DNA of 16,437 nucleotides, taken from assembly GCA_031367385.1 (NCBI GenBank), contig JANLPS010000251.1, positions 1-16,437 on the forward strand, read 5' to 3'. Positions 1 through 6,164 of the stretch are shown piece after piece (the stretch's first letter is position 1; each line of letters starts with the position of its first letter). Origin of the DNA: Archangium sp. Its GTDB lineage: Bacteria > Myxococcota > Myxococcia > Myxococcales > Myxococcaceae. Made by a program: the position numbers and the translations under genes. The notes under the pieces were generated by a model that saw only the letters and a program-made list of their open reading frames with translations, searched no databases and was not told the DNA's origin.

Positions 1-1
1 T

Positions 2-1699
2 GGCCGCCTTGTCGACCGGGTCGCGGCGGTACTCGATCCAGCTGATCATTTCGTCGGCTTCCCAGGTGTAGGGCTCGCCGTTGAGCGTGATGCGCCCCTC
101 GGCGACCGCGCGGGTCGCCTGCAGCAACGGCACCACTTTCAGGTCTCTCACCAATGCCTCGAAGCGCCCCTGCCGCTGGGGGTTGACGAACCGCGAGACA
201 TGCCGCGCCGCGTACGCCATGTGAAACCAGCTCGGGCGAAACGCAACGCCATCGAGCAGCACCCGCTTGGCCATCAACCCGACCAGCTGTGACATCTCGC
301 GCGCGAGGCCCAAACCCGGCACCTCTTGCCCCGGCAGCTGTGGGCGCACCGAGCTGAACTTCGCGCGCGGGTTGCGCAGCGACATCCAGTTGATGAACAG
401 AAACGTGCCCTCGCCCACCTTGCGCCGCTCGACCTCGAGCTCGACCAGGGTCACCGGCTGCCCATTGAGTGAATCACGCCCCTGAAGCCTGAGGCGATCG
501 GCCTGGCCCACCCGGTCGATGGTCACCTTGAGCTGCTCGAACCCGAGCCGGCGCAGCAGGCCCAAGAACTTGAATTGCTCGAGGGCGTACTCGATGCCCT
601 CGGCCGAATAAAACCCGAGCACTTTCGGGGGCCCCTCGCGGTGCATGCCCAGCGCCTCGGCCACGTCGGCGTCGGTCACCATCGGCGTTGAGCCGAGCGA
701 TTCGGTGCGCAGCTTTCGCGAGATGCCCAACATGCGCGCGGCCAACGGGTCGTAGTCGGTGGGAATCTGGTCGTCGGTGTGCAGCGCCAACGCGAGGCCG
801 GTGCCGGCGAGAATCTTCCACGCGTGCGCCGAGTAGCCCCCTGAGGGCAACCAGACCTGCGGCAGCGAGCCCAGCCGGTCGACGACCTTCAAGTCGCGCG
901 CTCGCACGCCGTTGAGGGTGAGCTTGAGTGTGCCGAGCCGGTCGCCCGCCAGCACATCGCCTCCGGCCAGCACGAAGACCAGCTCGACCTCGGGCATGCG
1001 TGAGAGCAAGCGGTCGACCGCGACCAGGTAGGCCTCGTCTTCGGTACCCGCCGCGAGCACGGTCTCATCGACGCCGGGCAGCTCGCCCCAGGTCACTCCC
1101 GAAATCGACCCCAGCCACACTGAGGGGTCGCGGCCCAGGCACTCCGCGGTGCCATCGGGCGGGTGGCAATCGAAGTCGAGCACCGCGACCCGGCCCGCGA
1201 AGCCCTCGGCTCGAAGTGTCGCGATGGCGACCGCCACGTCGTTCACCGGGCAGAACCCCGCGCCCCGGTTCGGCGCGGCGTGGTGAAACCCACCGAGCAG
1301 ATTCAACGCCGGCGCCCCGGTCTTCACCGTCGAGCGGGCCGCCTCGAGCGTGCCTCCGCAGGCCAGCCGCATCGTGCGCATGAGCTCGTCGACGTACACG
1401 TCGGTCGGGTCGACCGCGAAGATGTGCGCCATGGTCTCGGGCCGCAGCAACGACTCGAGGTACGCAGGTGTGTGCACGCGGCCCAACGCCTCGTAGCTGA
1501 TGGGCTGGGGGGTGATGACCCGGTGCGTCGGCACCGCTTGGGCGCGCAGCAGATAATGCAGCGCATCATCGGCCCGCCGGGTCTCCATTGGAGCCGCGGC
1601 GGCATCGGCGCCGGAGAGCGGGAGCCGGTACGCCTCATCGTGAAAGACGTGAATGCGGTGACGTCGACCGCGCACCAGCAGGGCCCGGAGGGGGTTCAT
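2..1699 (-). CDS. Zn-dependent histone deacetylase-family protein with additional C-terminal domain (partial, runs off the left edge)
   Basis: Translated by hand: ATG at 1699 (MNPLRALLVRG...), frame open for 566 codons to the window edge, so it is absent from the ORF track. HDAC motifs are GGFHHA, GFCPVND, LDFDCHPPDGT, AGGDVLAGDRLG and SGGY. About 260 further aa follow (LGFYSAEGIEYAL...WMSLRNP...LPGQEVPGLGL...). Confidence 0.92.
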   Translation of the reverse strand, partial: MNPLRALLVRGRRHRIHVFHDEAYRLPLSGADAAAAPMETRRADDALHYLLRAQAVPTHRVITPQPISYEALGRVHTPAYLESLLRPETMAHIFAVDPTDVYVDELMRTMRLACGGTLEAARSTVKTGAPALNLLGGFHHAAPNRGAGFCPVNDVAVAIATLRAEGFAGRVAVLDFDCHPPDGTAECLGRDPSVWLGSISGVTWGELPGVDETVLAAGTEDEAYLVAVDRLLSRMPEVELVFVLAGGDVLAGDRLGTLKLTLNGVRARDLKVVDRLGSLPQVWLPSGGYSAHAWKILAGTGLALALHTDDQIPTDYDPLAARMLGISRKLRTESLGSTPMVTDADVAEALGMHREGPPKVLGFYSAEGIEYALEQFKFLGLLRRLGFEQLKVTIDRVGQADRLRLQGRDSLNGQPVTLVELEVERRKVGEGTFLFINWMSLRNPRAKFSSVRPQLPGQEVPGLGLAREMSQLVGLMAKRVLLDGVAFRPSWFHMAYAARHVSRFVNPQRQGRFEALVRDLKVVPLLQATRAVAEGRITLNGEPYTWEADEMISWIEYRRDPVDKAA

Positions 1700-1714
1700 G
1701 CCGGCCGAATCACT

Positions 1715-1894
1715 TCAGATATCGATGTGAACCACGGTGCTGGGGGGGGCTTCACCGTCTGAGTGGCGATCGTCAGACTCGCGCTCTCGACGCTCATCGT
1801 GCTGCGGTATTTCGAGCTGGGGGCGCTGGCGCTCTTGTCGCTGGCGCTCTTGCTCGCGGCGCTTCAACTCCTGAATGATGAACGCGTCGAGCAT
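1715..1894 (-). CDS. Small charged hypothetical protein (59 aa, MLDAFIIQELKRREQ...STVVHIDI)
   Basis: Translated by hand. GGAG lies 7 nt upstream of the ATG, a sigma70-like promoter lies just upstream, and the stop is 15 nt before the HDAC start. The MLDAFII...RPQLEIP...VVHIDI pattern resembles small myxobacterial hypothetical proteins as I recall them. It is below the ORF-track length cut-off. Confidence 0.8.
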   Translation of the reverse strand: MLDAFIIQELKRREQERQRQERQRPQLEIPQHDERRERESDDRHSDGEAPPSTVVHIDI

Positions 1895-1921
1895 GGGTCA
1901 ACTCCGAGCAAACAGAGCGCA

Positions 1922-1949
1922 ATCTTAACCAGGCCGGCCCGCACGGCAA
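1922..1949 (-). promoter_or_regulatory. Putative sigma70-type promoter for the small protein-HDAC unit
   Basis: Minus strand reads TTGCCG (1949-1944), 16-nt spacer, TAAGAT (1927-1922), 27 nt upstream of the ATG at 1894. Confidence 0.45.
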
Positions 1950-1991
1950 TGTCGGCAGAAGTAAATGCCGCAACCCACGAGAATCGTTCAC

Positions 1992-2420
1992 CTACTTTTG
2001 CGATTCGATTCGGCGTTTGAAATTTTCGAGCAGCTTGGGGAGCTGGGTATCGACGAGCGCGTTGACGATCGTCTTCGGCACCAGTGCCCCGACGGCGACC
2101 TCGATTGAATAGGTGGCCTTGGTCTGGTTCTCGCCTGACTTCTCGAGCACCCAGCCGCCCTTGTTGTCTTTCATGAATTCGCCGTCGATGAACGTCCAGC
2201 TGACCTTGGTCGGGCCCTCTTCTTTCATGTGAACGGTGTACTTGATGACCTTCACGACCTCGGCCTCGTACTGCACGTCGACCTCATTGCCGCGGCGGTT
2301 CGAGGTTCGAATCTTGCGCACTTCGGGCAAAAACTCAGGGTAGCGCTCGTAGTCTGAGATGACTGCGAAGCACTTCTCGATCGGGGCATTGAAGACGATG
2401 GTTCGTTGGGCGCCAGGCAT
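1992..2420 (-). CDS. SRPBCC/polyketide cyclase (Coq10/RatA-like) family protein
   Basis: Motifs APIEKCFAVISDYERYPEFLPEV and FMKDNKGGWVL. Start reassigned to MPGAQRT (2420), preceded by AAGGAG; the longer ORF-track start overlaps glpX. Confidence 0.9.
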   Translation of the reverse strand: MPGAQRTIVFNAPIEKCFAVISDYERYPEFLPEVRKIRTSNRRGNEVDVQYEAEVVKVIKYTVHMKEEGPTKVSWTFIDGEFMKDNKGGWVLEKSGENQTKATYSIEVAVGALVPKTIVNALVDTQLPKLLENFKRRIESQK

Positions 2421-2449
2421 CGGTGTGTGAGCTCCTTGAAAGCGTTCTT

Positions 2450-3406
2450 CTACATGGGCTTCTTGTCGAAGCGGTGGGTCGCGGTCACATGACGAATGGT
2501 GCCGGTCTTCGAGCGCATGATGACACTGTGCGTCTCGCAACCGTGGCTGAAGAAGCGAACGCCGCGAAGAAAATCGCCCGAAGTGACACCGGTGGCGGCG
2601 AACATCACGTCGCCCGCGGCGAGCTCTTCGGCGGTGTAAATGCGGTTGGGGTCTTTGATGCCCATCTTCGAGGCCCGGGCGCGCTCGTCATCGTTGCGCC
2701 ACTTGAGCCGGCCCTGCATGTCGCCGTCGCATGAGCGAATCGCGGCGGCGGTGATGACGCCCTCGGGGGCTCCGCCGGTGCCCATCAGCACATCGACGCC
2801 GCTGGTCTCGAAGCAGGTCGACACGCCGCCGGCCACGTCGCCGTCTTCAATCAAGCGAACCCGGGCGCCGGCCATGCGCACCTCTTTGATGAGCTCGAGG
2901 TGCCGGTCGCGGTCGAGAATGCAGACGGTGAGCTCGGAGACGGTGCGAGCCAAGGCCTTGGCCACGGCCTGGAGGTTCTGAGTCGGCGTCTTGGTGAGGT
3001 CGATGCAGCCACGGGCGCGAGGGCCGACGGCGATCTTCTCCATGTAGGTATCGGGCGCGTTGAGCAGGCCGCCGCGGTTCGCGAAGGCCACGACGGAGAT
3101 GGCTCCGGGTCGGCCGTAGGCGCAGAGGTTCGTGCCTTCGAGCGGGTCGAGGGCGATGTCGACGGCGGGGTTGGTGCCGTTGTTTCGACCGACGCGCTCG
3201 CCGATGTAGAGCATCGGGGCCTCGTCGCGTTCGCCTTCGCCGATGACGACGGTGCCGTCGATGCTCAGCGAGTCGAAGGCCTTGCGCATGGCGTCGACCG
3301 CCGCCTGGTCAGCCTCGTCTTTCTTGCCCGTGCCCATCAGCCGGGCAGAGGCAATCGCGGCCATCTCGGTGACACGTACGACTTCCAACGCGAGGTTTCG
3401 ATCCAT
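2450..3406 (-). CDS. glpX: Class II fructose-1,6-bisphosphatase
   Basis: MDRNLALEVVRVTEMAA, ADQAAVDAMR, GTVVIGEGERDEAPMLYIGE, DPLEGT, APDTYMEK, DGDVAG, GGAPEGV and FAATGVT motifs. GGAG RBS before the ATG at 3406. Confidence 0.97.
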   Translation of the reverse strand: MDRNLALEVVRVTEMAAIASARLMGTGKKDEADQAAVDAMRKAFDSLSIDGTVVIGEGERDEAPMLYIGERVGRNNGTNPAVDIALDPLEGTNLCAYGRPGAISVVAFANRGGLLNAPDTYMEKIAVGPRARGCIDLTKTPTQNLQAVAKALARTVSELTVCILDRDRHLELIKEVRMAGARVRLIEDGDVAGGVSTCFETSGVDVLMGTGGAPEGVITAAAIRSCDGDMQGRLKWRNDDERARASKMGIKDPNRIYTAEELAAGDVMFAATGVTSGDFLRGVRFFSHGCETHSVIMRSKTGTIRHVTATHRFDKKPM

Positions 3407-3410
3407 GCTT

Positions 3411-3818
3411 TCAGCTCCCGGTGAGGAGTCGTACCACTGCCTCGGGCAATCGAACCGGTTTTCCGCGCTCGCCGACGCAGGCGTGAATGGTGTGACCGGT
3501 CGCGAGGAGCACCCCGTCGGCTTCGCGGCGCGCTTCGTACGCAAATGTGAGAGACGCGCGGCGCAGCTCATCGACCCAGGTCTTGATCACCACCACGTCG
3601 TCGAACTTCGCGGAGACCCGGTAATCGCAGCTGGCGTGAACGACGGGCAGGCCGAAGCCGGTTTTCTCCATCTCGAGGTAGGTGCCGCCGCACGAGCGAA
3701 AATATTCGGTGCGCCCCGCTTCGAAATACCTGAAGTAATTCGCGTAATAGACGACGCCCATTTGATCGGTGTCGCCGTAGATGACTCGGAGCTTGGTTTC
3801 GAAGGCGCGCGGCGACAT
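3411..3818 (-). CDS. Acyl-CoA thioesterase, YbgC/FadM (hot-dog fold) family
   Basis: RVIYGDTDQMGVVYYANYFRYFEAGR signature. Stop is 4 nt before the glpX start. Start taken at MSPRAF (3818). Confidence 0.93.
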   Translation of the reverse strand: MSPRAFETKLRVIYGDTDQMGVVYYANYFRYFEAGRTEYFRSCGGTYLEMEKTGFGLPVVHASCDYRVSAKFDDVVVIKTWVDELRRASLTFAYEARREADGVLLATGHTIHACVGERGKPVRLPEAVVRLLTGS

Positions 3819-3864
3819 TCTTTTGAAGCGACCGTATCGCAAAGCATGCGAGATTCGCGCGCTC

Positions 3865-5481
3865 ATGAATCGACTCGTGCTCGCGACGTTGGCGCTCTCT
3901 GCAGTCTCGGCTCAGGCCAAACCCCCGCGGCTGACCGTGATGATCACCGTCGATGCGTTCGGCAGCGACGTGTTTCAGAAGAACCGCTCGCACTTCAAGG
4001 CCGGGCTCTTGCGCATGATGAACGAAGGCGCGCTGGTACCGGTGGTTCGCTACGAGCAAGCCGAGTGCGTCACCTCGGCCGGTCACTCGACCCTGGCGAC
4101 CGGGGCCAACCCGGCGCGTCACGGCATCGTCGGCAACCGGGTGCTCAACCGCGCGACCGGTAAGCTCGAAGCGGTGTTCGCCGACCCGGGGCACCCTGCG
4201 TTGGAGGCTCCGCTGGGGCCCGATGACGTGTCACCGGTCGCGCTGTTGGCCGAGACCTTGAGCGACCGGCTGCGGGCCTCGACCGCGCTCAAGGGCAAGT
4301 CGGTCTCGATTTCGGGCAAGGCGCGTTCGGCGATCGCGATGGCGGGCCGCTTGGGCGACGCGTGGTGGTTTCACGAGCAGCTCGGCAAGTTCGTGACCGG
4401 CACCTGGTACCGCAAAGAGACGCCGACCTGGGTGAAGGCCTTCAACGACAAGAAGTTGCCTGACACCTACTTCGCCAAGAAGTGGGAGCTGGTGCTCTCG
4501 CCCAAAGAATACCTGGGCGAAGACGACCGCCCGTTCGAGAGCGATTGGTACGGCATGGGTCGCACCTTTCCCCATTCATTGACTGGGGGTTTGCCGGCGG
4601 CGGGGCCGCAGTCGTACTCGGCGCTGGCCTGCTCCCCGTTCATGGACGACGTGGAGGTCGAGTTCGCCAAGGCCGCCATCGACGCCGAGGGGTTGGGCAA
4701 AGACGACGTGCCCGACCTGTTGTCGGTGTCGTTCGCGCCGGTTGATCGCACGTACCATCTGTACGGGCCCAACTCGTGGGAGATGCAGGACCACCTGATG
4801 CGGCTCGACAAGTCGATCGGCGACTTGATCGCGGCGGCAGAGCGCGCGGCGGGAGGCCGGCAGAACCTGGTCGTGGTGCTCTCGGCCGACCACGGCGGCG
4901 CGGCGATACCCGAGGAGTGGGCGGCGATCGGGTTGGACGGGATGCGCGTCGCTCCGACGAATTTGCTCAAGGTGGTCGAGGACGAGCTCAACGCGAAGTT
5001 CGCTTTGAAGAGCTCGGTGCTGGCGATCGAAGAGACCGATCTGTACCTCGATTGGAAGGCCATCGCCGACAAGAAGCTCGACCTGCTGGCGGTGCGTCGC
5101 GCGGCCGCGGCGGTGCTGATGAAGCAGAGTGAAGTGGCGTTGGCGATCTCGCGCGATGACTTCGGGTCGCCTGACCCGACCGGGCTCATCAAAGCGTTTC
5201 AGAATGGGTTCAACGCTGAGCGCTCGGGTGACGTGCTGATGGTGCTCAAGCCGTTTCGGGTGCTCGAGTCGGAGCCGCGGGGCACCTCGCATGGCACTCC
5301 GTATTCGTACGACGCCGAGGTGCCGTTTCTGGCCTGGGGCCGGGGGGTGAAGCCTGGGGTGTACCCGGTGAAGGCGAAGGTCATCGACGTGGCTCCGACG
5401 GTGGCGGCGTTGATGGAGCTGGGCAACCCCGCGCTGTGTGAAGGTCACCCGTTGAGTGACGCGTTGGCCCTGCCGAAGTGA
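3865..5481 (+). CDS. Secreted alkaline phosphatase superfamily protein (PafA-like / nucleotide pyrophosphatase-phosphodiesterase family)
   Basis: Signal peptide MNRLVLATLALSAVSAQA. Motifs ITVDA, TSAGHSTLATGANPARHGIVGN (Thr nucleophile), SGKARSAI, DRTYHLYGP, SADHG and SHGTPYSYD. Start moved to 3865 because the longer ORF overlaps the divergent thioesterase. Confidence 0.92.
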   Translation: MNRLVLATLALSAVSAQAKPPRLTVMITVDAFGSDVFQKNRSHFKAGLLRMMNEGALVPVVRYEQAECVTSAGHSTLATGANPARHGIVGNRVLNRATGKLEAVFADPGHPALEAPLGPDDVSPVALLAETLSDRLRASTALKGKSVSISGKARSAIAMAGRLGDAWWFHEQLGKFVTGTWYRKETPTWVKAFNDKKLPDTYFAKKWELVLSPKEYLGEDDRPFESDWYGMGRTFPHSLTGGLPAAGPQSYSALACSPFMDDVEVEFAKAAIDAEGLGKDDVPDLLSVSFAPVDRTYHLYGPNSWEMQDHLMRLDKSIGDLIAAAERAAGGRQNLVVVLSADHGGAAIPEEWAAIGLDGMRVAPTNLLKVVEDELNAKFALKSSVLAIEETDLYLDWKAIADKKLDLLAVRRAAAAVLMKQSEVALAISRDDFGSPDPTGLIKAFQNGFNAERSGDVLMVLKPFRVLESEPRGTSHGTPYSYDAEVPFLAWGRGVKPGVYPVKAKVIDVAPTVAALMELGNPALCEGHPLSDALALPK

Positions 5482-6131
5482 AGCCGTTGGTGACGCTGGT
5501 CGACGACGCGCTGCCGCCTGCGAGCTTCGCGGCGGTGCTGAAGGCGGTTCGCGGCCTGGGCAGTGAGCGGCTTCGCAGCAGTTACCAGACGACGTTCTGG
5601 TTCGGCTTCGAAGCGGCGGCGTCGAACGTGATTGAAGACGCGGTGACACGGCTGCGACGTCACGTGCCTGAAGGCCGGTACGCGGGCGTCGAGTGGTGGC
5701 TCTCGCGAATGAGAACCTCGAGGGTGAAGGTCGATTTTCACCGCGACCGAGACAATGCGCTCGCCGCCAAGACGGGCCGTGAGGTGCACCCTGCGTGGTC
5801 GACGCTGCTCTATTTGAACCGGTGCCGAGGGGGGTTGCTGGCGGTGACGAAAGACGCTCCCAACGAGGAGAATCGGGCGTTCGCGCCTGACCGGCACGAC
5901 TTCGATTTGGTCGAGCCCGCGCCGAACCGATTTTGTGCCTTCGACGGGCGGCTGACGCACGGCGTACTCGACGCGAACAACCACATACCTGGAGCGCGGT
6001 TACCGCGCGAACCGCGGCTGCGCCTGGCAGTGGCGATCAACTTCTGGAAAAAAAGGCCGATGGAGGTGCCCACGTTTTCGCAAACGAGGCACTACCGGTC
6101 ACTGGGCAATAAAGGGGACAGGCTGGTTTAG
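5478..6131 (+). CDS. 2-oxoglutarate/Fe(II)-dependent oxygenase-like protein
   Basis: HxD (FHRD), LLYL...GG strand, distal His (THGV) and Arg (RLAVAINFW) of the jelly-roll fold. GTG start overlaps the phosphatase stop (GTGA). Confidence 0.75.
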   Translation: MKPLVTLVDDALPPASFAAVLKAVRGLGSERLRSSYQTTFWFGFEAAASNVIEDAVTRLRRHVPEGRYAGVEWWLSRMRTSRVKVDFHRDRDNALAAKTGREVHPAWSTLLYLNRCRGGLLAVTKDAPNEENRAFAPDRHDFDLVEPAPNRFCAFDGRLTHGVLDANNHIPGARLPREPRLRLAVAINFWKKRPMEVPTFSQTRHYRSLGNKGDRLV

Positions 6132-6164
6132 TTTTTTTTAAACCAGCCTGTCCCCTTTTATTGC
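6106..6164. repeat. Perfect 20-bp inverted repeat (REP/MITE-like palindrome, probable bidirectional terminator)
   Basis: aaaggggacaggctggttta (6111-6130), 8-nt loop, taaaccagcctgtccccttt (6139-6158). Extends to gcaat/attgc with one bulge. Lies between two convergent genes. Confidence 0.85.

Noticed and set aside
267..1878. Plus-strand and alternative-frame ORFs listed in the track over the HDAC and small-protein genes
   Set aside because: Antisense or off-frame shadows typical of high-GC DNA; the minus-strand frame has clear HDAC motifs.
3407..3571. N-terminal extension of glpX
   Set aside because: It overlaps the thioesterase gene; the canonical GlpX N-terminus MDRNLALE with RBS begins at 3406.
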